64,000 nt of DNA, taken from contig CACMKW010000002.1 in NCBI GenBank assembly GCA_902614395.1, positions 3,356 to 67,355 on the forward strand. The letters are read 5' to 3'. The stretch's first letter is position 1. Every line of letters starts with the position of its first letter. Origin of the DNA: an uncultured Alphaproteobacteria bacterium (GTDB lineage Bacteria; Pseudomonadota; Alphaproteobacteria; HIMB59; GCA-002718135). The notes under the pieces are model-generated. The model was not told the origin of the DNA. It saw only the letters and a program-made list of their open reading frames with translations, and searched no databases. Made by a program: the position numbers and the translations under genes. Shown here piece by piece: positions 47,944 through 56,800 of this stretch.

Positions 47944-48879
47944 ATGAGTTTAAAAAATCGCCATGAATGGAATTGGCAACCAACTTTACCAATTAAATTA
48001 TCGCCAATATTAGATTGGCCTCCAAATTTTTTTTTGCTTTTCAAATGGCTAGCTTCTTATTGGCTTCACATTAGTTCAATTATAATTGAAGTTTTACTTG
48101 CTTTATTTATATTCTATTTGTTTCACCCATCTGCTGAAGAAATGAAAAATTTTTCTTTTTCGTGGATTTCACAGTTATGGATTAGAAATTGTATTTTAAT
48201 CACTCTTGTTGCTGGTTCTCTACATTTTTGGTTTTATTACTTAAAAGGACAAAGTAAAAAACTTAAATTTGAAAAAAAATTTATAGATGAAAAAGTAAAA
48301 AAATTTACTTTCAATAATCAACTTTTTGATAATATTTTTTGGACAATTATAAGTGGTGTTACTATCTGGACAATATTTGAAAGTCTTTATTTTTGGGCAG
48401 CAAGTAATGATATTGTTCCTATCATGTTTTGGCATGATAACCCTTTTTGGTATGGAATATTTTTTATTTTAATTCCTATTTGGTCAAGTGCGCATTTTTA
48501 TATTATTCATCGATTATTACATTTTACTTTTCTCTATAAAACTGTTCACAATTTACATCATAGAAATATAAGTCCAGGACCTTGGAGTGGTATATCTATG
48601 CATCCTATCGAACATATTTTATACTTTTCAACTGTAGTTATACATTTTGTTGTTCCATCAAGTCCAATACATGTACTTTTTCATTTTTATCAACAAGGAT
48701 TAAATCCAGCTTTTAGTCATTCAGGTTTTGATAGTATCGTGATCAAAGATAAAAAAAGATTAAAAGCAGGTGATTTCTTTCACCAACTTCACCACCGATA
48801 CTTTAATTGTAATTATGGAACTGTAGAAATGCCTTGGGATAGATTTTTTGGAACCTTTAATGATGGTACAAAAAAATAA
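47944..48879 (+). CDS. Fatty acid hydroxylase / sterol desaturase superfamily membrane di-iron oxygenase
   Basis: Histidine boxes HRLLH, HNLHHRN and HQLHHRY, plus 4-5 TM segments. Confidence 0.8.
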   Translation: MSLKNRHEWNWQPTLPIKLSPILDWPPNFFLLFKWLASYWLHISSIIIEVLLALFIFYLFHPSAEEMKNFSFSWISQLWIRNCILITLVAGSLHFWFYYLKGQSKKLKFEKKFIDEKVKKFTFNNQLFDNIFWTIISGVTIWTIFESLYFWAASNDIVPIMFWHDNPFWYGIFFILIPIWSSAHFYIIHRLLHFTFLYKTVHNLHHRNISPGPWSGISMHPIEHILYFSTVVIHFVVPSSPIHVLFHFYQQGLNPAFSHSGFDSIVIKDKKRLKAGDFFHQLHHRYFNCNYGTVEMPWDRFFGTFNDGTKK

Positions 48880-48883
48880 GAAA

Positions 48884-49675
48884 TTATTCTTTCCAATTTG
48901 GTTCTCGTTTTTCTAAAAAGGCATCAATGCCTTCCTTAGAATCATCATGTAACATATTTTCTGTCATTACTTTTGAAGTAAAAGTATAGGCGTCTTCTAA
49001 ATTCATTTCTTTTTGTTTGTAAAAAGCTTCTTTACCAATTTTTATAGTATTAGAAGATTTAGAAGATATTTTTTTAGCAATTTGAAATACATTTTCTTTT
49101 AAACTTTCTTCTTCAAAGACATCATTTATTAAACCAATCCTTAATGCTTTATTTGCATCTATAAGATCTCCAGTGAGAAGCATTTCCATTGCTTGCTTTT
49201 TACCTACAGTTCTTGATAATGGAACCATTGGTGTAGAACAAAATAATCCAATATTAACACCAGGAGTTGCATATTTTGCTCTACTACTTGAGTAAGCTAA
49301 ATCACAGCTAGAAATTAACTGACAGCCTGCTGCAGTAGCGATACCATCAACCATAGCTATAACTGGTTTATTATTTTTATTAATTTTCAGCATAAGTTGA
49401 GAGCACATTTGAAATATTTTTTTAAAATAGCTTTCACCTTTATCATTTTGCAATCTTTGTGAATTTAAATCTTTTAAATTATGTCCTGCACAAAAAATAT
49501 TACCTTTTGATGATAAAATAATTACTTTTACTTCATTATCTTTATCAGCAATGTCTAGAGCTGATGTTAATTCATTGATCATCTTTTCGCTTAAAGTATT
49601 TTGGTTTTTCTGGTCATTAAGAATAATATAAAAAATATTATTATTTTTTTCAGTTAAAATTAGATTAAAATTCAT
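48884..49675 (-). CDS. Enoyl-CoA hydratase/isomerase (crotonase) family protein
   Basis: FCAGHNLKDL oxyanion-hole segment and DGIATAAGCQLISSCDL. Confidence 0.85.
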   Translation of the reverse strand: MNFNLILTEKNNNIFYIILNDQKNQNTLSEKMINELTSALDIADKDNEVKVIILSSKGNIFCAGHNLKDLNSQRLQNDKGESYFKKIFQMCSQLMLKINKNNKPVIAMVDGIATAAGCQLISSCDLAYSSSRAKYATPGVNIGLFCSTPMVPLSRTVGKKQAMEMLLTGDLIDANKALRIGLINDVFEEESLKENVFQIAKKISSKSSNTIKIGKEAFYKQKEMNLEDAYTFTSKVMTENMLHDDSKEGIDAFLEKREPNWKE

Positions 49676-50122
49676 TTAATTAATTTGAATTTCAACATCT
49701 TTAGACAGGGAATTAGCGATAAAACAATACTTATGTGATCTCTCTTTCATCTTTTTCATTTCTTCATCAGAAATATTAAAGTTATCTTCGAATACTATAG
49801 TTGGATTTAGCTCTATTTTGTTGACGTACATTCTTCCCTCTGCATTTTTTCCTAAATACGAAATTGCTTTATCTTTGTAATTAATAACTGGCCATTTCAT
49901 TTTTGCAGCTAAAGCTAAAAACGTCATCATAAAACAACTACTTACAGCTGCAGCTAGTTTTTGCTCTGGATTAATATTAGTTTCGCTTCCTCCATAATCT
50001 GGAGATGATCCTGCATCAATAGATACATTTTTGTTAAGCATTACTGTGTGATCAGTTAAGTATTTTCCAAATTCGAGTTTTTGATTTCCTAATTCCCACT
50101 TTAATTCGATTGAATGACTCAT
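49676..50122 (-). CDS. OsmC/Ohr family protein
   Basis: NPEQKLAAAVSSCFMMTFLALA and HKYCFIANS carry the two family cysteines. Start placed at ATG 50122 (MSHSIELK), 1 nt after the upstream stop; the track's longer ORF would overlap the upstream gene. Confidence 0.8.
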   Translation of the reverse strand: MSHSIELKWELGNQKLEFGKYLTDHTVMLNKNVSIDAGSSPDYGGSETNINPEQKLAAAVSSCFMMTFLALAAKMKWPVINYKDKAISYLGKNAEGRMYVNKIELNPTIVFEDNFNISDEEMKKMKERSHKYCFIANSLSKDVEIQIN

Positions 50123-50123
50123 T

Positions 50124-51245
50124 TTAAGAATAATTAAAAGGTAGTGAGCACACTTTACCTTTTCTCTCAATATTGTCTGGTGTTAATACGATAACATCCT
50201 GCCCATCATTCCAATAATCTCTATCAACCATTGATAGCCCAATATTAGTTTTTAAAAATGGTGAATAAATACCAGAAGTAATATTACCAATTTGAAATCT
50301 ATTTTTTGAGTATAAAGGAAAAGGTATTGTGCATGGGGGAGTCGGGGACCCATCAAAGGTAATTCCTTTTATTTTTTTTTCTATTCCATTTTTTAATATT
50401 TTTTTTAGTGCATTTTTTCCAATGAAATCATGAGATAAATTGTTACAATAATTATCAAATCCACATTCAATTGGATTATTTTCTAAAGTAAATTCATTAC
50501 CATATGATAATAAACCACCTTCTATTCTATCAATTAAATTTGGACATCCTGGAGAAATATTAAAATCTTTTCCTGCTTCCCAAATAGTTTCCCAAAGTTT
50601 TTTTCCTAAACTAAAACCTTTAAGATAAATCTCAAAACCATCTTGTTTGCTATATCCTGATCTTGCAATTATCTGCTTTGTTCCTTCAAATTCAAAAAAA
50701 GAAAAATGAAAGAATTTTAGTTTTTTAATTTTTTCTCCAAATATTGTTGACATTAATTCTTCAGATTTTGGACCTTGAATTGCTAGAGGGTAAATATCTG
50801 GCTCTATAATATTAACTTCAAAATTTCTACCTACAGCTAATCCTTTTGCCCAAAGAAGAACATCTGAGTCTGCAACTGATAGCCAATATTTATTTTCACT
50901 TAACTTTAAAAGTACAGGATCATTTATCATCCCTGCATTTTCATCAATCATTGGATAATAGTAACATTTACCAATAGGCATATCTTTTATTGATCTTGGA
51001 GACATGAGTTGTATTAATTTTGTAGCATCTTCTCCTATTATTTGAACCTGTCGTTGACATGAAACATCCCAAATTTGAGTATTTTTAGATAAGTGCCAAT
51101 AATCTTCTTCTACTGTCGCTTTAAATGATTTTGGAAGAAGCATATGATTAACTACAGTAAAACCACTTACGCCAGCCTCAATTACTTTCTCGGTATAGGG
51201 AGTCCTCCTAATACGTCTGGACATGTTTAATCCTGAATTACTCAT
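50124..51245 (-). CDS. Aminomethyltransferase (GcvT) family protein, DmdA-like (stand-alone THF-dependent demethylase type)
   Basis: SRRIRRTPYT ... NHMLLP ... IWDVSCQRQVQI ... IQGPKS ... ARSGYSKQDGFEIYL ... RIEGGLLSYG. Start placed at ATG 51245 (MSNSGLN), 1 nt after the upstream stop. Confidence 0.85.
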   Translation of the reverse strand: MSNSGLNMSRRIRRTPYTEKVIEAGVSGFTVVNHMLLPKSFKATVEEDYWHLSKNTQIWDVSCQRQVQIIGEDATKLIQLMSPRSIKDMPIGKCYYYPMIDENAGMINDPVLLKLSENKYWLSVADSDVLLWAKGLAVGRNFEVNIIEPDIYPLAIQGPKSEELMSTIFGEKIKKLKFFHFSFFEFEGTKQIIARSGYSKQDGFEIYLKGFSLGKKLWETIWEAGKDFNISPGCPNLIDRIEGGLLSYGNEFTLENNPIECGFDNYCNNLSHDFIGKNALKKILKNGIEKKIKGITFDGSPTPPCTIPFPLYSKNRFQIGNITSGIYSPFLKTNIGLSMVDRDYWNDGQDVIVLTPDNIERKGKVCSLPFNYS

Positions 51246-51246
51246 T

Positions 51247-51582
51247 TTATTTTGACCACCATATTGAGTATCCATTTGGAGAAACAATTAAAGGTATGTG
51301 ATATTTTTTAAGAGGATCTTTCATTTTAAATTTAACACTGATTGAATTAATTATTTCACTAGTATTTCTAAAATATTTACCAGAATTAATTATCATTTCA
51401 TAATCACTTTCACAATCTTCTTTCGTTAAATCAAATTCTTTAAGCATTCTTCCAGAACTATCTGTTTTATCTTCTAGAAATACGACTTTGTTATTATTAT
51501 TTACTTTATAAATAACAATTTCTACATCACTTGCATGCGTACCATCTATTGAGTTTAGTAAATGTGTAGAAAAAATTGCCAT
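51247..51582 (-). CDS. Transthyretin-like / 5-hydroxyisourate-hydrolase-fold protein with atypical C-terminus
   Basis: 111 aa. STHLLNSIDGTHA and YHIPLIVSPNGYS follow the HIUase pattern, but the protein ends ...YSIWWSK rather than the ...YSTYRGS I recall for HIU hydrolases. Confidence 0.75.
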   Translation of the reverse strand: MAIFSTHLLNSIDGTHASDVEIVIYKVNNNNKVVFLEDKTDSSGRMLKEFDLTKEDCESDYEMIINSGKYFRNTSEIINSISVKFKMKDPLKKYHIPLIVSPNGYSIWWSK

Positions 51583-51585
51583 AAC

Positions 51586-53328
51586 CTACTCTATAGACGC
51601 TTTATCTCTTTTATCACTAACTGCAGCAACTATTGGACTTATAACACCTTTAGCCTTAACATTTACACATGCAGTTTTACCACTTTCTAACGCTCTTTTT
51701 AAAGCAGGGCCTAAATCTTCTCTTTTAGTAACTAATTCGCCATGTCCTCCAAAGCCCTCAAAAATTGAATGAAATGGAATATCTCTAAAATCAGTTGCAA
51801 AGTGTTTCCCACTTTCAAACAACCTTTCTTGTTGTTGAGAAATACAGTCAAGACCTCCATTGTTATCGATAACTACAACAATAGGTTTTTTTTCTTGAAA
51901 TGCAGCTTCAATTGATAATCCGCCAGATAAAAATGCACCATCTCCACTTATTAAAACAACATTAGATTTAGGATTAAGATTTTTCGCTGATACTGCAAAA
52001 GGAACTCCAACACCTAACATACTAAAAGTGCCTGGATGTAATATTCCTCCAAGTTTTTTGCCTTTTGATCCAGCAATATTAATTGCAATCTCAGACCAGA
52101 AATGTGTGTTTCCACCATCAATAACTAACCAATCATTTTCAGTTAATACTTCTTGAACATCTAAAGCTAACTGAAGAGGATGAATTTTTCCACCTTCTTT
52201 TTTAGCCTCTTCAGTTTCTTTATTTAAATCATCTAATGTTTTATCAATCCAATTTTTTTTCTCTTTTTTATTCTTATCAAACCATTCATTATTTAATTTC
52301 CATTTATTAATTTTTTTTAATTCTACGAGTTTATCCAAAAAGACTCCAGGATCACAAAGTAAATTAATATCTGCAGCTCTATTTAATTCTATTTCTTCAT
52401 GTGATCCATTAATACAAACAAGCTTTGTACTTTTTGGAAAAAGTGGAGGATTACCAAAATTCATTTGATTATCAAGACGTGCACCAATCATAAGAACCAA
52501 ATCTGATTCATTAAGAGCCTTTTTTGATGGAGGATATTGATGAATATCTGCAAGACCCATATATGTATCTGCCTCTTCACCTAAAAGTTTTTGGTGGTAT
52601 GGTATATTAAATATTGGAATATTTAATTCAAACCCAGCTTGCTCTAATTTTTTTTCTGCATTGGACCACCAAACACCATGCCCTCCAATAAAAACAGGTT
52701 TTTGAGCACTAATTGCAAGATCAAATATCTCATTTAAACTCTCAGGATCGGGCCAAGCTTTGGCTAAAGGTTTTTTTTGTTGAGTAAATGGTCTTTCTTC
52801 TAAACCTGCATCATCTTCAAATGATGAAAACATTATATCTACTGGCACACTTAAATGTACTGCACCTGGATAACCATTTGTTGCAATTCTATAAGCTTTA
52901 TCTACGAACTCTCTTATTCTATTGCCATCTGTTATACTGGCACTGTATTTTGTTAAAGGTGCTGCAATAGATACATCATCTATTTCCTTAAAACCGCCTG
53001 CTCCTTGTCTTTTTAAGCTACTAGATCCAGTAATAAAAATAACAGGTGATCTTTCACCCCAAGCTTCCATCATTGAGGGTACTGCATTTGCAAAACCTTC
53101 TGGTCCCACAATGCAAACAGATGGTTTCCTTGATATTCTTGTGTGACCATCTGCTAAATGACCAGCAATTTGTTCATGAGGACAATTAATTACATTAATT
53201 TGACACTCCATAAATCCTTCAAGTGCTGGATTACAAAAACCTCCTGAAAGTGTAAAAACATTATCAATACCTTTGTCTTTAAGAGCTCTTGCAACTAATG
53301 CTCCACCTCTAATCTTTTTATCTCCCAT
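51586..53328 (-). CDS. Thiamine-diphosphate-dependent enzyme (acetolactate synthase / oxalyl-CoA decarboxylase / 2-hydroxyacyl-CoA lyase-like)
   Basis: N-terminal GGALVARALKDKGIDNVFTLSGG, GPEGFANAVP, GGFKEID, and ThDP motif GDGAF...(x)...NNGG. Confidence 0.85.
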   Translation of the reverse strand: MGDKKIRGGALVARALKDKGIDNVFTLSGGFCNPALEGFMECQINVINCPHEQIAGHLADGHTRISRKPSVCIVGPEGFANAVPSMMEAWGERSPVIFITGSSSLKRQGAGGFKEIDDVSIAAPLTKYSASITDGNRIREFVDKAYRIATNGYPGAVHLSVPVDIMFSSFEDDAGLEERPFTQQKKPLAKAWPDPESLNEIFDLAISAQKPVFIGGHGVWWSNAEKKLEQAGFELNIPIFNIPYHQKLLGEEADTYMGLADIHQYPPSKKALNESDLVLMIGARLDNQMNFGNPPLFPKSTKLVCINGSHEEIELNRAADINLLCDPGVFLDKLVELKKINKWKLNNEWFDKNKKEKKNWIDKTLDDLNKETEEAKKEGGKIHPLQLALDVQEVLTENDWLVIDGGNTHFWSEIAINIAGSKGKKLGGILHPGTFSMLGVGVPFAVSAKNLNPKSNVVLISGDGAFLSGGLSIEAAFQEKKPIVVVIDNNGGLDCISQQQERLFESGKHFATDFRDIPFHSIFEGFGGHGELVTKREDLGPALKRALESGKTACVNVKAKGVISPIVAAVSDKRDKASIE

Positions 53329-53329
53329 C

Positions 53330-54493
53330 TTAATACTTTATATCCTTAAAAAATTTCTCTGCTATAATTTTTTTATCAACTTCATTTATATCGGTTAATC
53401 CCACTAAGCCAAGATTTGTACTTAACTCTTCTTTAATAAGGTTAATGATTCTTCTAAGACCTCTTGCACCATCTGCTCCAATAGCATACATTAAAGGTCT
53501 GCCAAACATCACAAAGTTAGCTCCCAGAGCTAATGCTCGTAAAATATCACTACCACTTCTAATGCCACTATCAAAAAGTATTGGAAAATCATCTCCCAAA
53601 GCTTTTCGTATTAATGGCAAAGCATTAATAGAAGCAGTAGCACTATCTAATTGCCTTCCACCATGATTTGATACTTGAATTGCATCAACACCAGCCTCTT
53701 TAATTTTCAAAGCATCTTCAGAATTCATTACGCCTTTGATTATTAATTTTCCTTTCCAAGCGTCTCGAACTCTTTTTAGAGTACTCCAATCAGTTGCTCC
53801 TCTACTTTCTTTTCGTCTAAAAATTTGATCACCACTTTTAGAGGTAATATAATTCATTGGTTGTGGAGCGCCTTTAAACAAAGTTGTTAAACTCCATTGA
53901 GGATGTAGTGCAAAATCTAAAAATTGTTTTGGACCAATTTTAAATGGATAACCAAAGCCATTTCTATCATCTCTAGCTCTTCTTGAAAGAATTGGAACAT
54001 CAACAGTGAGGATCAAAACCTTGTATCCAATACTTTCTGCTCTTTTCAATAATTCCATAATAAATTCTTCACTTTGAAAAATATATATTTGCATCCACGA
54101 ATGACCTTTTGAAAAAGTAAACATATCTTCTAGTGTAGTACTAGAAGCCATTGAAACACATGTTGGAATATTATTATACGCACTTTCTTTTGCTATCATT
54201 TTATCTGCATCAGGCCATGAAAGATTTGTCATTCCCATTGGAGCAAATCCAAATGGATAATCAAAATGAAAATCAAATATTTTTTTTCTTAAATTTCTAT
54301 TCTCAACATTTCTAAAAACCTTAGGCTCAAGTCTAATTTGATCTAATGCAGTACTATTAATTTCTGCAAGTTTATCATCTCCTGATGCTCCATCAATAAA
54401 ATCAAAGACTAATTTTGGTAATCTTTTTTTAGATAATCTTATTGCATCATCAATTGTGTGAATTTTTGTGCTGGGTTTAATGAGATCATTCAT
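53330..54493 (-). CDS. FMN-dependent alpha-hydroxy acid oxidase/dehydrogenase (LldD/glycolate oxidase family)
   Basis: GVDAIQVSNHGGRQLD and DSGIRSGSDILRALALGANFVMFGRP. Confidence 0.9.
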   Translation of the reverse strand: MNDLIKPSTKIHTIDDAIRLSKKRLPKLVFDFIDGASGDDKLAEINSTALDQIRLEPKVFRNVENRNLRKKIFDFHFDYPFGFAPMGMTNLSWPDADKMIAKESAYNNIPTCVSMASSTTLEDMFTFSKGHSWMQIYIFQSEEFIMELLKRAESIGYKVLILTVDVPILSRRARDDRNGFGYPFKIGPKQFLDFALHPQWSLTTLFKGAPQPMNYITSKSGDQIFRRKESRGATDWSTLKRVRDAWKGKLIIKGVMNSEDALKIKEAGVDAIQVSNHGGRQLDSATASINALPLIRKALGDDFPILFDSGIRSGSDILRALALGANFVMFGRPLMYAIGADGARGLRRIINLIKEELSTNLGLVGLTDINEVDKKIIAEKFFKDIKY

Positions 54494-54541
54494 TTTAATA
54501 TTTGTATTCTAATATAATTTATAATTCTATTACAAAATATA

Positions 54542-55771
54542 TTAGTTTTTTGAAATACCCTTCCAAGGTATTGGACTGGGTGGAATATCTTCTTTTAAAC
54601 CTCTCTGTATTTCACCTTTCTCATCATACATTGGTAAAGTGCAGATTTCACCTTTTTGCAAACTACCATCATCACAGCTGACATCTACTATTGTGCCTGG
54701 TCCAAATTCTACATGGTTCATATGAACTATAGCAACACCACAAACTTGAAATGGCGACCATGTACTTGAAGTTACAATGCCTACTTTTCTATTATTAATA
54801 GAAATTTCAGAATCAACTAAAGCAAAACTATTTTCTACTCTCATACCCCAAGTTAAACAATCTTTACTGGCATTAAGTAAATATTCTCTTCCAATGAAAT
54901 CTCCTTTATTAAAATCTATAAATTTTCCTAATCCAACAGCAAATGGAGATCTATCCCTCGTAAAATCTCTCCCTGCAGACAAAAGGCCTGCCTCAATTCT
55001 TCTACATCTAAATCCTGGTGATGCTGTTAAGATCATTCCCATTTCTTCACCTTTACTTAATATTAAGTCCCCAATTTTTTTTGAATCATTTTGTGGTCTT
55101 AAATAAATTTCCCAACCTAGTTCATTTGTAAACCCTGTTCTACTTATAATTACTTTTTCTGAAGCAATTGAAGTTTCAATCCAATCAAAGTAATTAAAAT
55201 TATTTTTTAATGGTTGATCAATTAGTTTTTCTAACAGTTTTAGAGATTTAGGTCCTTGTATTTGGCTTACCCAAACATTTGGATCTTTAATTTCAATATC
55301 TAAATTTTTCGAATGAGCTTTGTACCAACTATATAAATGTCCATCACCTTGAGCAAACCAAAATTTATTTTTTTCTAATCTTAATAACAATCCATCTGAA
55401 ATCATTCCTCCATCATGGTAGCATGCAAATTGATAGGAGCATCTTCCAATTTTTACTTTTGAAATATCTCTAGGAAATATTTGTTGAAGTAAATTTTCAG
55501 CATCCGGACCAGAGATTTCGTATGGATGTTCACCCGTATGACGTAAGATTATTTCTTGTCTAGCTTTCCAATACATTTCATCTGCTGTAGCATGAGACAA
55601 TTTTTCAAGTGTAAATCTTCCATCAGCGTAGTTAGTATATTCTGGGTTGAGTGGTAACTCCTGATAAGTAAGAGGATGTATTTTCATGGGTCTAGCCAAA
55701 TCCAGAGATCTGCCACTTTCTTTAATAACTGGCTTTACAACAAATCTGTAATTACTAACTAAATCTCCCAT
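54542..55771 (-). CDS. Aminomethyltransferase (GcvT) family protein, second divergent paralog
   Basis: EISGPDAENLLQQIFPRD, IQGPKSLKLLEKL, SRTGFTNELGWEIYL, RIEAGLLSAG. Confidence 0.85.
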   Translation of the reverse strand: MGDLVSNYRFVVKPVIKESGRSLDLARPMKIHPLTYQELPLNPEYTNYADGRFTLEKLSHATADEMYWKARQEIILRHTGEHPYEISGPDAENLLQQIFPRDISKVKIGRCSYQFACYHDGGMISDGLLLRLEKNKFWFAQGDGHLYSWYKAHSKNLDIEIKDPNVWVSQIQGPKSLKLLEKLIDQPLKNNFNYFDWIETSIASEKVIISRTGFTNELGWEIYLRPQNDSKKIGDLILSKGEEMGMILTASPGFRCRRIEAGLLSAGRDFTRDRSPFAVGLGKFIDFNKGDFIGREYLLNASKDCLTWGMRVENSFALVDSEISINNRKVGIVTSSTWSPFQVCGVAIVHMNHVEFGPGTIVDVSCDDGSLQKGEICTLPMYDEKGEIQRGLKEDIPPSPIPWKGISKN

Positions 55772-55812
55772 AAAATATATTCAACTTATCACAAAATAAT
55801 TAAAAAAAAATT

Positions 55813-56736
55813 TTAAAATAAATTCTTAATAGCTTCAATATGTCGTGGCTTTACTTCACAGCATCCACCAACTAGAGTAACACCTTCATTTAAAGATTTT
55901 AAAACAAACTTTTTATATTTATCTTCTCCAAATTGTTCTTTCCTAGTGCCAAGTAACTCAACGGGATCAATATAATCATAATGTCCTTCAAAACCCTCTG
56001 AATTGAATTTTTCTTTACTACTAGTAGGCAGTTCTTTAAATAAATTCATCTTATAACCAAAAGGAAGCTTTTGTTTATTAAATATAGGAATACTCAAATT
56101 AACAATTTCAGGTGATACGCAGGCTGATACTATGCCGCAACAATTAAATTTTTGTATAGTTTCAAAAAGTTCTTCAAGACTTTCTCCAGATGGTAATTTT
56201 CCATCATAACGTAAGTGCACACCTACAAGAACTTGTTTATTAAATTCTTTTGTAGCTTCTAAAGCAATTTTTATTTCTTTGATGGAACACAAAACATCTA
56301 AGTAAAATATATCGACGTAATCTTTTAATATTATTGCAATTTCATGAAAATAATTAAACATGGTTTCATCGGTTTCAAAATGTATTGGGGAATATGTATT
56401 ACCTTGATTTGGCAATGAGCCTGCAATAATAACTTTTTTTTTACTTTCATTTTTTGCTTTTAATGCAAGTGCTCCAGCAGATCTTATTCCAAATTCAAAT
56501 TTATCAAGTAAATTATATTTTTTTAGTAGCCTTCTTCTAACACTAAAATTTGAAGTGACTATTAATTGTGATCCCGCATTTATAAAATTTTTATGCATTT
56601 CTACGACCATTGGGTGATTATTTTCATTTAATAAAGCTTGTGCTGACCAAAGATCACCTGTTGTCTCCAAACCCATTTCCATTAAAGTTTGACCGGAACC
56701 TCCATCAAAGAGGTATTTCTTATTTTTTAAAAACAT
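55813..56736 (-). CDS. Homocysteine S-methyltransferase domain protein (BHMT/MmuM-like)
   Basis: FDGGSGQTLMEMG N-terminus. Zn-ligand cysteines in SACVSPE and VGGCCEVKPRHI. Confidence 0.8.
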   Translation of the reverse strand: MFLKNKKYLFDGGSGQTLMEMGLETTGDLWSAQALLNENNHPMVVEMHKNFINAGSQLIVTSNFSVRRRLLKKYNLLDKFEFGIRSAGALALKAKNESKKKVIIAGSLPNQGNTYSPIHFETDETMFNYFHEIAIILKDYVDIFYLDVLCSIKEIKIALEATKEFNKQVLVGVHLRYDGKLPSGESLEELFETIQKFNCCGIVSACVSPEIVNLSIPIFNKQKLPFGYKMNLFKELPTSSKEKFNSEGFEGHYDYIDPVELLGTRKEQFGEDKYKKFVLKSLNEGVTLVGGCCEVKPRHIEAIKNLF

Positions 56737-56761
56737 TTTTTTGGGAGATTAGTTGAAGTAA

Positions 56762-56785
56762 TGTGGCGCATTTGAATGCGCCACA
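56762..56785 (-). terminator. GC-rich stem-loop between the binding-protein gene and downstream enzyme genes (attenuator / mRNA 3'-end stabiliser candidate)
   Basis: tgtggcgca-tttgaa-tgcgccaca is a perfect inverted repeat of 9-11 bp, 16 nt downstream of the SBP stop. No clear U-tract follows on the minus strand, so it is not a textbook intrinsic terminator. Confidence 0.4.
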
Positions 56786-56800
56786 AAGAAAATTAAAATT

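Noticed and set aside
50124-51245. Naming this gene dmdA (DMSP demethylase) outright.
   Set aside because: The motifs resemble my recollection of DmdA-clade proteins, but GcvT-family substrate specificity cannot be read from motifs. In addition, dmdB and dmdC are absent from the neighbourhood, so I kept it as DmdA-like.
56737-56800. A SAM-responsive riboswitch (SAM-II/SAM-V type) upstream of the homocysteine S-methyltransferase gene.
   Set aside because: The spacer is only 64 nt and is dominated by one simple hairpin. I cannot identify the pseudoknot-forming conserved segments from memory with any confidence, so a covariance-model scan (Rfam) would be needed.
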